Of a stretch of 64,000 nucleotides of DNA, positions 12,158-21,024 are shown in pieces. Positions within the stretch are counted from its first letter, which is position 1; every line of letters begins with the position of its first letter. The translations under genes and the position numbers were made by a program. Location of the stretch: NCBI GenBank assembly GCA_963695545.1, contig OY968796.1, positions 2,400,001 to 2,464,000 on the forward strand, in the 5' to 3' direction. Source of the stretch: Terriglobia bacterium (GTDB lineage: Bacteria > Acidobacteriota > Terriglobia > Acidiferrales > UBA7541). The notes beneath the pieces are model-generated. The model made no database searches and was not told where the DNA came from. It worked only from the letters and a program-made list of their open reading frames with translations.

Positions 12158-13564
12158 ATGAGTCATAGACTCGCCTTTTTTTTGTTGTGTGCACTCCTGA
12201 TATTCCCTGCCATCTCATCGAAGGCCCAGGAGCCGCGAGACGCTCGGCTGTGGTTGACGACTGCGGATCGATCCTCGTTGTTCGCTCTGCAAACGCCGCC
12301 CCTGCAGTTCTCTGAATCAAGCGACGCGCTTCCCGTCGTCGACGTGAACGACATGGCGCAGTATCAGACCATCGACGGTTTCGGTCTTGCTCTGACAGGT
12401 GGGAGCGCGCAGCTTCTTATGCGTATGGATCCCGCTCAGAGGACCTCTCTGCTAAAAGAACTCTTCGGGACCCAAGAGGGAGACATTGGCGTCAGCTATC
12501 TAAGGGTGACGATCGGCTCCTCTGATATGAATGACCATGTGTTTTCCTACGACGATTTGGCGGACGGAGAAACCGATGTGGATCTGGCCAAATTCAGTCT
12601 GGCCCCTGACCTTGCCGATGTGATCCCCGTACTGAAAGAAATTCTGGCGATCAATCCCGGAATCAAAATACTTGCCTCTCCGTGGTCAGCTCCAGCCTGG
12701 ATGAAAACGAATGACAACTCGAAAGGAGGGAATCTGAAGCCCGAGTATTACGGCGCGTATGCGACGTATTTGGTGAAGTATATCGAAGGCATGAAAGCCG
12801 AAGGCATCACGATCGACACCATCACCATAGAGAATGAGCCCTTGAATCCGAAGAACACGCCGAGCATGGTGATGTTCGCGCCGGAGGAGGACGCATTCAT
12901 CGCAAAGAATCTCGGACCCGCGTTTCAGAAGGCCGAAATCCACACGAAGATACTCTTGTACGATCACAATCCCGACGTTCCATCGTATCCTCTGTCGATT
13001 CTGGCGGACGCCGATGCCAGCAAGTATGTCGATGGCACCGCCTTTCACCTATATGGCGGGGAAGCCTCCACGTTGACGGACGTGCATGATGAATATCCGA
13101 ACAAAAATTTGTACATGACCGAGCAGTCGATAACCGGAGGCCGGCGGGGCCCGCTCGATATCGCTGCGTCCGTTGGCCGGGTGCTGATCGGCGCGACCCG
13201 GAACTGGAGCCGCAACGTACTCCTGTGGAACCTTGCCGCCGACCCGAATTACGGGCCGCACACCAATAACGGCGGATGCACAGGGTGCCAGGGCGCGATC
13301 ACTCTCGACGGCAATACGGCAACTCGAAACTTGGCTTACTACGCGCTTGCGCACTTTTCGACATTTGTGCCGCCCGGTTCTGTGCGGGTTGGGTCAAGTG
13401 AAATGGAGCAACTATCAACCGTAGCTTTTCTTACGCCTGACGGGAAGATGGTGCTGGTCGTATCAAATACCGGGAACTTCTCAAAAACGTTCGACGTGAG
13501 GTACCACGGCAAATCATTCACGACGACGCTGCCTGAAGAATCCGTGGGAACCTATGTCTGGTGA
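12158..13564 (+). CDS. Secreted glycoside hydrolase family 30 (beta-1,6-glucanase/glucosylceramidase-like)
   Basis: QTIDGFG, ASPWSAPAWMK, ENEP, AFHLY and MTE motifs; signal peptide. Confidence 0.93.
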   Translation: MSHRLAFFLLCALLIFPAISSKAQEPRDARLWLTTADRSSLFALQTPPLQFSESSDALPVVDVNDMAQYQTIDGFGLALTGGSAQLLMRMDPAQRTSLLKELFGTQEGDIGVSYLRVTIGSSDMNDHVFSYDDLADGETDVDLAKFSLAPDLADVIPVLKEILAINPGIKILASPWSAPAWMKTNDNSKGGNLKPEYYGAYATYLVKYIEGMKAEGITIDTITIENEPLNPKNTPSMVMFAPEEDAFIAKNLGPAFQKAEIHTKILLYDHNPDVPSYPLSILADADASKYVDGTAFHLYGGEASTLTDVHDEYPNKNLYMTEQSITGGRRGPLDIAASVGRVLIGATRNWSRNVLLWNLAADPNYGPHTNNGGCTGCQGAITLDGNTATRNLAYYALAHFSTFVPPGSVRVGSSEMEQLSTVAFLTPDGKMVLVVSNTGNFSKTFDVRYHGKSFTTTLPEESVGTYVW

Positions 13565-13829
13565 ACGCGAAGCGGAGCAGGGGAGAAGCGCTACGCCGAC
13601 GAGTTGATCTTTGGTTTCGCAGCGGTTCGATACTTGCGACTGTCGGATGTCCCGCAGAACGTGCGTGCTTCATCGCATGTTGGCCGGGTAAGCTGTCGCA
13701 ACATCCGATGTGCCCGCACTCTGCACATCGGCGCAGATGGAGCCACCATCCGCCCGAAGCGAGGCACTCCTTGCAACCGTTCCCGCTTGGTTTTGCAGCA
13801 GGATTGATTCCGGGCTGGTGAGATTCCAC
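13518..13829 (-). pseudogene. UBP-type zinc finger protein, C-terminally truncated
   Basis: GCKECL..WWLHLRRCAECGHIGCCDS..HA..H...GHP...SIEP, followed by an unrelated tail that runs into the convergent GH30 gene. Confidence 0.65.
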
Positions 13830-13919
13830 GTTTTCGCCCGCTCGGAACCAGTCCCTGATCGCTTGTCAGAGGTTTTGGCCGGCACCACTTCGCAAACTTA
13901 CCTTATTGCCCCGAGAAGT

Positions 13920-13948
13920 CTTGACGTCAAGGATGCGAGAATTACAAT
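13920..13948 (+). promoter_or_regulatory. Sigma70-like promoter with a palindrome over the -35 box
   Basis: TTGACG-16 nt-TACAAT; CTTGACGTCAAG (13920-13931) is a perfect palindrome. Confidence 0.45.
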
Positions 13949-14052
13949 ACGCACCGGGCCTGTCCATCGGGCCGAAGGCCAAGGTCACTCTCTACGTCTG
14001 TAATGTTTGAGGTTACGGGCCGGCTTTCGACGGGGAACACCACGAGGCCATT

Positions 14053-14982
14053 ATGGGATACGACCTGCACAACTGGCCCGCGCTTGACTGGCCCCAATGG
14101 AAAGACACTGCCGACACCTTGCATATGTACATGCAAATTGTCGGCAAAACGCGACTCGAGCTCACGCCTCTTCAGAATCATTGGTGGAACGTTACTCTCT
14201 ATCTGAGCGCACGCGGCCTCTGGACCTCGCCGATGCCCTTCGCCGAAGGGCATTCACTCGATATAGAGTTCGATTTTGTTGGCCATGAGCTGGTCTTCCG
14301 AACAAGCAGAGGCGAGATTCGTAGGAACCGGCTGGAGGCAAAACCCGTAAAGGATTTCTACGCCGAATTTCTCCGCACACTCTCCGATCTTGGGGTGGAA
14401 GTGCACATCGATCCCAAACCAGTGGAACTGGCGAATCCAATCCGTTTCGATCAAGATGACGTCCACAAAAGCTACGATCCGGACGCGGTTTCGCGATTTT
14501 GGAATGCCCTGCGGCTGGCGGATATTCTGTTCAAGAAATTTTCTACTTATTTCTACGGCAAGATCAGCCCGGTCCACTTTTTCTGGGGCTCAATGGATTT
14601 GGCGGTCACCCGCTTCAACGGCAAAAGGGCTCCCGCGCGCCCGGGCGCTGACGCCATCCAGGCCGAAGCGTACTCGCATGAAGTGATCAGTGCCGGATTC
14701 TGGCCCGGAAATGGCGGATACGGCCAGGCCGCGTTTTATTCGTATGCCGCCCCGGTCCCGGAGGGACTCGGCGAAGAGAAGATTCTCGGTCCGGGAGCAT
14801 TTAACCGCGGCATGGGAGAATTCCTGTTGAACTACTCGGATGTGCTCCGTTCCTCGGATCCCCAGACGACCGTCATGGATTTCTTACAAAACACATATGC
14901 GGCGGCCGCCGACGCCGCCGGATGGGACCGCGCAAATCTGGACCGTCAAGATGATTTCATTCCGCGCTCGCGAAACAAATAG
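14053..14982 (+). CDS. DUF5996-family protein
   Basis: LHMYMQIVGKTRL, NHWW, SPVHFFWGSMDLAVTRF and EAYSHEVISAGFWPG motifs. Confidence 0.85.
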   Translation: MGYDLHNWPALDWPQWKDTADTLHMYMQIVGKTRLELTPLQNHWWNVTLYLSARGLWTSPMPFAEGHSLDIEFDFVGHELVFRTSRGEIRRNRLEAKPVKDFYAEFLRTLSDLGVEVHIDPKPVELANPIRFDQDDVHKSYDPDAVSRFWNALRLADILFKKFSTYFYGKISPVHFFWGSMDLAVTRFNGKRAPARPGADAIQAEAYSHEVISAGFWPGNGGYGQAAFYSYAAPVPEGLGEEKILGPGAFNRGMGEFLLNYSDVLRSSDPQTTVMDFLQNTYAAAADAAGWDRANLDRQDDFIPRSRNK

Positions 14983-15124
14983 TCCGCCGCGCACGATCTC
15001 CGGCGCGTAACTTCTTCTCTAAAGCGCGGTGTTCAGCATTCAATGCCCGTTCCCGGTTTTGTGGGAAGAAGCTTGGGCGAATCCCCTTCGCCGAGCGATT
15101 ATTTTGAAGGCCCTTCCATCTGTT

Positions 15125-16033
15125 TCAGGGGAGCAGCAAGACTTTGCCTGCTGCGCGTTTCTCAACTGCGATGTGTCCTTCGCGTGCCTCTCGTAGAGGC
15201 AATTTTAGGGCGATAGGAATCTTCAGTTTTCCATCGCGCACAGCTCTCGCCATATACAGCAGCACCTCGGGATCCTGCTTTGACACGAACGCAACTGTGC
15301 GCACGGAAGGCCGGTTTTTGGCGCTCGCCGGCACTCCGGTTACAGAGGCGAACGTACCGCCGTCCTTCACCTTACCAAGCAACTGCTCGGCCGTTGCTCC
15401 GCGAACGGTGTTCGCGACGACGTCGACCTGGGCGAGAGCGTTAAACGCGGCCTGATCGTCGAGCGCGATCACTTGATCCGCGCCCACGCTTTTAGCATCG
15501 TCTAATTGTCTCTTTAGGACGCCGGCGATCACTACCGCTCCCTTATCCTTCGCCGTGCACACGGCTGCGCGGGCAACGCTGCCGACAGCGCCGGAAACCA
15601 AAACCGTCTGGCCCGCCTTAACGCCGCTCGCGATGGAAATCAGTTCGCTCCCTGTCATCGTGACGACCGGAAGGGCGGCCGCGTCGACGGTGTCCATGCC
15701 ATCGGGGATTTTCGCCAGAACACTGGCGTGAACGGTACATAACTCCGCGTAAGTGTGATAGGTCCACGCAAAAACTCGATCGCCAATAGAAAATCCCGTC
15801 GCTTCCGGACCAAGACCCGCGACAGTTCCGGAAACATCCCGACCGATGATCCCTGGGAACTCGACGGGGTCATACGCCTTTATTGCGCCGGCCCGCAGCA
15901 GCAGATCGACCGGATTTATGCCCGCCGCCGCAACTCGAATTAGGACCTCGCCTTTGCCCGGCACGGGATCGGGAAAGTCTTCGTACTTTAAGACGTCCGC
16001 CCCGCCGTACTCGTGCATCACCACCGCTTTCAT
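15125..16033 (-). CDS. NADP-dependent MDR oxidoreductase (quinone reductase-like)
   Basis: MKAVVMHEYGG start, AAGINPVD, GRDVSG, GAVGSVA, terminal GKVLL; ATG 16033 has a GGAGG RBS. Confidence 0.9.
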   Translation of the reverse strand: MKAVVMHEYGGADVLKYEDFPDPVPGKGEVLIRVAAAGINPVDLLLRAGAIKAYDPVEFPGIIGRDVSGTVAGLGPEATGFSIGDRVFAWTYHTYAELCTVHASVLAKIPDGMDTVDAAALPVVTMTGSELISIASGVKAGQTVLVSGAVGSVARAAVCTAKDKGAVVIAGVLKRQLDDAKSVGADQVIALDDQAAFNALAQVDVVANTVRGATAEQLLGKVKDGGTFASVTGVPASAKNRPSVRTVAFVSKQDPEVLLYMARAVRDGKLKIPIALKLPLREAREGHIAVEKRAAGKVLLLP

Positions 16034-16190
16034 CGGCGCCCTCCTTTGATTAGCCACTGCCAGAACATTTGGCGTCAAGCTATCATATTACGTGCGTCGT
16101 TTCGGGAGCGAAGTCGCTCGCCGTCTGAACACTCGGATTGAATGGCGGTTCGCGTCGCACAAGCTTTCCATTCAAGGAGGCCTTACGATC

Positions 16191-16592
16191 ATGACCCCAA
16201 GTGAGAAGGCGGTCGCTGAAGTGCTGGCTGCGTACAACGCTGCGCTCAATTCCGCCGATACTAATGCCGTGATGCCACTCTATACGAAAGACGGCGTGTT
16301 CATGCCTCCGTACAGCGCGTCGGCCGTCGGATCCGTTGAGATCCGCAAAGCCTATGATGCGGTTTTCAAGGCCATCAAACTCACCGTGAAGTTCTACGTC
16401 GTCGAGATTGTGGAAATGAGCCCCGAATGGGTGTTCGCGCGCACAAACTCCGCCGGTACGACTCTGAATCACGCCACCGGCGCCACGAGCGCCGAGGGGA
16501 ATCAAGAGCTTTTCATTTTCCGCAAAGATCGGGATGGTAAGTTCAAGATTGCCCGTTACAGTTTCTCGACGACGAATCCGCAGAGCAAATGA
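16191..16592 (+). CDS. NTF2/SnoaL-like (SgcJ/EcaC-type) protein
   Basis: YNAALN..D...LYTKDGVFMPP, NQELFIFRK..GKFKIARY; AAGGAGG RBS. Confidence 0.8.
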   Translation: MTPSEKAVAEVLAAYNAALNSADTNAVMPLYTKDGVFMPPYSASAVGSVEIRKAYDAVFKAIKLTVKFYVVEIVEMSPEWVFARTNSAGTTLNHATGATSAEGNQELFIFRKDRDGKFKIARYSFSTTNPQSK

Positions 16593-16634
16593 CGGTCGAT
16601 TACTGCGAAAGAGATGATTGAATTCTCTGGATAA

Positions 16635-17609
16635 TCACATTACAACGACAATCCGCCCGAGCCGCACCGGCCGTTCCACAAGCTCGTGCGCGCGAGCGAT
16701 ATCCGCCAGCGGAACTCGTTCGCCAATCTCGAAGCCTGCCCACCCCGTCTCAAGCGCAGCACTTAAATCCCGCGCCGCTTGCAATTTCGCTTCCTTTGGG
16801 AAATCGTCGCTCCCCAGAAAAAACACACGAATGTTCTTAAACACCATTTGCCAGAAGGGAATCTTCGGAGCGGCGTTGTCCGTGGCGTAGCTCGCGACCG
16901 AACCGCCCTGATTCAGGAGTTCGACGTCCACTTCGATGTTGGCTCCAAACGCCACTTCGACGATGTGGTCGATGCCGTCAGGAGCCACGGCTCTCACGCG
17001 CGAAGTCAGTTCCTTGTCGCTGACGAGCACCTCGTGGGCGCCGGCGTTCTTTGCCGCGGATTCGTCTGACGGCGACCTCACAATTCCGATCACTCGCGCG
17101 CCGGCGCGACGCGCGAGCTGAACGGCGCAAAAACCCACGGAACCTGCCGCTCCTTGCACCAACACGGTGCGTCCATTCACAGAACCCGCGACAGAAACGG
17201 CTCGGTGCGCAGTGATGCCGGGTATTCCGAGACAAGCGCCCTGCTCCATCGGCACGCTTTCCGGCAGGCGAGCAATCTGATCTAAGGGAACAACCGTGAA
17301 TTCCGCGGCCGTACCAAACGGACGATACGACTGTGCTCCGTAGCACCACACCGAGCGCCCCATCCACTCGGAGGGAACCCCGGCGCCGAGCTGATCCACG
17401 CGGCCAGCGCCATCACTATGCGGAATCACACGAGGATATGGCATGCCTACACCAAAGGCGTCCTGGCGCTTCTTGACGTCGCCCGGGTTGATGCCGGAGG
17501 CAGCCGTGCGAATGCGAACTTCGCCGCCCGCTGGAGTCGGATCCGGCATCTCGCCGACCATGAGCACTTCGCGAGCCGGCCCCTGCTTCTCGTACCATGC
17601 TGCCTTCAT
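16635..17609 (-). CDS. NADPH:quinone reductase (zeta-crystallin-like)
   Basis: SGINPGDVKKR, PHSDGAG, GTAAEF and GAAGSVG motifs. Confidence 0.92.
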   Translation of the reverse strand: MKAAWYEKQGPAREVLMVGEMPDPTPAGGEVRIRTAASGINPGDVKKRQDAFGVGMPYPRVIPHSDGAGRVDQLGAGVPSEWMGRSVWCYGAQSYRPFGTAAEFTVVPLDQIARLPESVPMEQGACLGIPGITAHRAVSVAGSVNGRTVLVQGAAGSVGFCAVQLARRAGARVIGIVRSPSDESAAKNAGAHEVLVSDKELTSRVRAVAPDGIDHIVEVAFGANIEVDVELLNQGGSVASYATDNAAPKIPFWQMVFKNIRVFFLGSDDFPKEAKLQAARDLSAALETGWAGFEIGERVPLADIARAHELVERPVRLGRIVVVM

Positions 17610-17627
17610 TTACCTTCCTTAGATTTT

Positions 17628-18068
17628 CTATGCGTACAAGTCCAGCGGACCCGCGGTCATGGTCGTTTGTCCGACTTCAATGAGGTACCCGTCCGGGTCG
17701 CGCATGTAGCATCGCAATTCCGTTGCGTGGACTTTGGGCTCGGTGATGAATTTCGCGCCCCGCGAAGACCAAAGTTCGTAGTAGCGCGCGATGTCCGTTA
17801 CGCGAAGGTTCAGAAAGATGCTGAGAACGTTTGGATCGCGCGGCGGCGAAGCGACGACGTCGGGCTTGTCGTCGGTCGGGCCGCCACCGCCGTTGATCGT
17901 GAGCCAAATATTGCCGAGCCTCAAAAACGTCGGCTGCCCCTCGCGGAGCACCGTCGCGCCGAGGACGTCGCGATAGAACGCCACTGAGCGCTGAATGTCC
18001 CTAACGATGAGGGTATTCGTCGCCACAAACTTGAGTTCATTCGGCTGATCCGATTGGGGCATCGACAT
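17628..18068 (-). CDS. VOC/glyoxalase-family protein
   Basis: VRDIQRSVAFYRDVLG and YMRDPDGYLIEV motifs. Confidence 0.9.
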   Translation of the reverse strand: MSMPQSDQPNELKFVATNTLIVRDIQRSVAFYRDVLGATVLREGQPTFLRLGNIWLTINGGGGPTDDKPDVVASPPRDPNVLSIFLNLRVTDIARYYELWSSRGAKFITEPKVHATELRCYMRDPDGYLIEVGQTTMTAGPLDLYA

Positions 18069-18155
18069 GCCACCTCCCTTTGTGAGTCACTTTCCAAGGT
18101 TCGCTCCAGAGCGTAACTTCGAGCCCTCGAGCAGGGTTAGGCGCCGCGATGCCGT

Positions 18156-18407
18156 TTAAGGCAGGTACCCGTCCGCCATCCATTTAGCGAATAGCTCAAT
18201 GCGAGATTGAGGCCAAGGACCTTCTCCTCTTGGTGGCGGGGGCGGCATTACGGAGCCCCCGATTGCCCGAATGCGGTCGTAAATCGCGGCTGCGTGGGCC
18301 TTCACGTCGTCATAACTCGCCAGGTTAAACGCCTTGCTCATGCCCTGAATGTCCCGGTCCGTAAAAAGCGGGCGAATGTCTGCTTGAAAACTCGTTGGTT
18401 TGGTCAT
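18156..18407 (-). CDS. Small hypothetical protein (83 aa)
   Basis: GAGGGG RBS; protein-like pattern SF..DIRPLF...MPP...W...I.LF..W...G. Confidence 0.75.
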   Translation of the reverse strand: MTKPTSFQADIRPLFTDRDIQGMSKAFNLASYDDVKAHAAAIYDRIRAIGGSVMPPPPPRGEGPWPQSRIELFAKWMADGYLP

Positions 18408-18689
18408 TGCCCCCTCACAAGCTTTGGATTATAAACACGTCTCGCTCACACCTCGTGAATCGAAATCGTCCTGTCTCTTGATGTCAAAACATAGGATATT
18501 TCTTTTCCGGCCAAAGTTGTACGTCCGCGGTGCAACATACTTAACACGCATCACGCTTTGCATGAAAGCGTTTGGCCGGAGCGGGGCCGATGTTCGGCAA
18601 TCGAACCCCCGATATCGATGCGGCCGGTGGACCGGCGCCGATCTCGATCTGCGCAACGCCGTACTTAGTCGTGATTGAGCACAACCGGA

Positions 18690-18765
18690 CGGATCGATTC
18701 TCTCGGGGGGAGGTGTTGCCGAATCAACTGATTAGATGGAGTTGCGTCGACCGGTTGACCTCGCA
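18690..18765 (-). mobile_element. Isolated IS30-family end remnant
   Basis: 18722-18782 aligns without gaps to 50506-50566 (50/61 identical). The inner boundary is approximate. Confidence 0.65.
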
Positions 18766-18826
18766 CGACTTATCAGTAGTTGGGCCGGTAGGCCGCCGGT
18801 CTTGGATTTCGCCAACGCGCAGCAGG

Positions 18827-19543
18827 TTAGATTCGCGCCGCGACTTCCGTGCCAGCCGCTGCGAAAACCGAATTCACTTCCGACTCCGCAATCTCCACCA
18901 GGCAACGAACGACGTCGGGGTCAAACTGCGTTCCGCTCGACGCGAGCAGCCTGCGGATTCCTTCCTCAAAGGGAAGGCCTTGCCGGTAGGGCCGTGAGGA
19001 GACCATGGCGTCAAACGCGTCGATCACCGAGACGATGCGCGAGCCGATCGGTATCTCGCTCTTGGCCAGGCCCGCGGGGTAACCCGTTCCGTCAAAATTT
19101 TCGTGGTGATGCAACGTGAACAGGCTGGCCGTCTCGAATCCGGGAAGCATCCGCAGAATCGCCCAACTATATTCTGGATGTTTCTTGACGATCGCGTATT
19201 CTTCCTCGGTCAACCGCGACGGCTTGTTCAGAATCGCGTCGGGCACGCCGACCTTACCGACGTCGTGAAGCAGCGCGGCCACTTCCATGTCCGGCAGATC
19301 CTTTTGGTCGAAGCCCATGTCCTGAGCGACGCGCATGGCCCATTCCGCCAAGCGGGTGCTGTGCACTCCGGTGTTCAGATCCTTCAGATCAAGCAGCTGA
19401 TTGAAGGCGCACACAACCGAAGACCGCAGTTCGGAGACTTGATCTTCCAATCTCTTGATCCGCAACGTCCCCGGCGCCCACGATGGGACGATCGCGGGCG
19501 CGGGAGCCGGGGCGAAATCACGGGATAAGGCCATGGGGCTCAT
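18827..19543 (-). CDS. Stand-alone HD-GYP domain phosphodiesterase
   Basis: HSTRLA, LLHDVGK, HHHENFDGTGYP and DAFDAMVSSRPYR motifs; ATGA overlap with the S8 gene. Confidence 0.92.
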   Translation of the reverse strand: MSPMALSRDFAPAPAPAIVPSWAPGTLRIKRLEDQVSELRSSVVCAFNQLLDLKDLNTGVHSTRLAEWAMRVAQDMGFDQKDLPDMEVAALLHDVGKVGVPDAILNKPSRLTEEEYAIVKKHPEYSWAILRMLPGFETASLFTLHHHENFDGTGYPAGLAKSEIPIGSRIVSVIDAFDAMVSSRPYRQGLPFEEGIRRLLASSGTQFDPDVVRCLVEIAESEVNSVFAAAGTEVAARI

Positions 19544-20877
19544 CTGCCTTCTGAGGCCTCAAGCCACGCTTGTATGGCGGTGAAAATGTCCAAGCGTCCA
19601 TTGTTCAGGTTTGGCGTCAGCCGCACGCCGTGGGAAATAGCGGATGCCGCCTGTGATTGATTTACGGGAGCGCGCGCGTCGATCAGAAGCGCCGCCGAGC
19701 CGGTCACGAGCGGGCAGCTAAACGACGTACCGGACCCGCTGGCATACGTGCCGCCGGGATACGTGCTGACGATGTTTTCTCCCGGTGCGCCGATCCAGAC
19801 GTCGGGCGTGCCGTAGTTCGAGAAAGTTGAGATCGTGTCGGAGTCAGAGGTCGATGCGATGCCCATCACGGAATTCGTAAGCGCCGCCGGGTAGGCTGCG
19901 GCGTTTGTGGTGCTATTGCCGGCCGCGGCCACCAGCACGACGCCCGATTGCGTGGCATAGGAGACTGCCGAAGACAGCGCTTGAGAAGGAGTCGTGAAGT
20001 CGAAGCTCATGTTCACGGCGTTGGCGTTGTTCTGCACCGCGTAGTACAGCGCCGCGACGATGTTGGAAAGGTAGCCTTCGCCGTTCGCCGAGAACGCCTT
20101 GAGCGGCAGAATCTTGGCCGTTGGCGCGACCAGGTGAATCAATCCGGCTGTCATGGTGCCGTGGCCGAAATCAGAGTAGGGGCCTCCGTCGAGTACGGCG
20201 ACGGTCCGCTGATCCAGCACGGCGACGGTTCGCTGTTGCACAACGGCGGGCTGCTCCTGCTGTGAGCCGCTATCGCTGCTGGTGTCTTGCAGCGCAGGAA
20301 CATCGAGCCATTCGGATGCGCCGGGTTGGTTTCGCGTGAAATCGTATCCGGGCAGCAGCACGCGGTAAAGCGCCGGATGGTATGGATCGACGCCGGTGTC
20401 AATGTCCGCGACAATTACGCCGGTCCCGGAGACGTTGAATGCTTGTTGCGAATTCTGCAGCTGAATGATTTCCGTCGCGGGCTGATCCACGTAGCCTTCG
20501 GTAACCGTGCTTCCATAATAGTTGACCGGAACCGAATCGTAGAGACCCGAGGTATTGGTCGGCACCGGACCGACCGGCAATGGCAAGAGCTGATCAACCT
20601 CGACGCTCGTGATTCCCAGTAGGCGTTCCAACAGATTGAGCACGCCGCCGACGAGGTTGGCCAATAGATTTTTATTCGAGGTCACCAGAAATGTTTTGCC
20701 GATCGCGCCGTCGAGCGAACCCTGCACCTGACACCCGGCGGAAAGACAGAGGTTTAGGACTGAATCAAGGCCCTTCGTCGTCTGCACGATATACCGCTGT
20801 TGGGCCGACGCCGGTATTGCTCCGAGCAAAGAAAAAAAGACGACCAATATGATTAAGCGGCGCTTCAGTGTGGACAT
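19540..20877 (-). CDS. Secreted S8 (subtilisin-like) serine peptidase
   Basis: Signal peptide (KRRLIILVVFF...ASA); catalytic triad DIDTG / HGT / GTSFSCP; oxyanion AAAGN. Confidence 0.93.
   Translation of the reverse strand: MSTLKRRLIILVVFFSLLGAIPASAQQRYIVQTTKGLDSVLNLCLSAGCQVQGSLDGAIGKTFLVTSNKNLLANLVGGVLNLLERLLGITSVEVDQLLPLPVGPVPTNTSGLYDSVPVNYYGSTVTEGYVDQPATEIIQLQNSQQAFNVSGTGVIVADIDTGVDPYHPALYRVLLPGYDFTRNQPGASEWLDVPALQDTSSDSGSQQEQPAVVQQRTVAVLDQRTVAVLDGGPYSDFGHGTMTAGLIHLVAPTAKILPLKAFSANGEGYLSNIVAALYYAVQNNANAVNMSFDFTTPSQALSSAVSYATQSGVVLVAAAGNSTTNAAAYPAALTNSVMGIASTSDSDTISTFSNYGTPDVWIGAPGENIVSTYPGGTYASGSGTSFSCPLVTGSAALLIDARAPVNQSQAASAISHGVRLTPNLNNGRLDIFTAIQAWLEASEGR
20188..20235 (-). repeat. 24-bp tandem duplication encoding QRTVAVLD twice
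   Basis: cag cga acc gtc gcc gtg ctg gat / cag cgg acc gtc gcc gta ctc gac. Confidence 0.95.
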
Positions 20878-21024
20878 CACCGTTTCTCTTTTCTCCCTCA
20901 GTGGCCGACTGCCGGTCTCTTGCCGAGAGCCACCGAGCGAAGTGACAGTTTCGCGTACCCTCGCTCGGGCCAACAATGGTACAAGGCTCCCATCTGCGGA
21001 TGTTGCGGTTCTAGTACCTTTTTC

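Noticed and set aside
13884..13913. Additional dif-like site (CCACTTCGCAAA-CTTACC-TTATTGCC)
   Set aside because: Too divergent from the other sites to support without a PWM scan.
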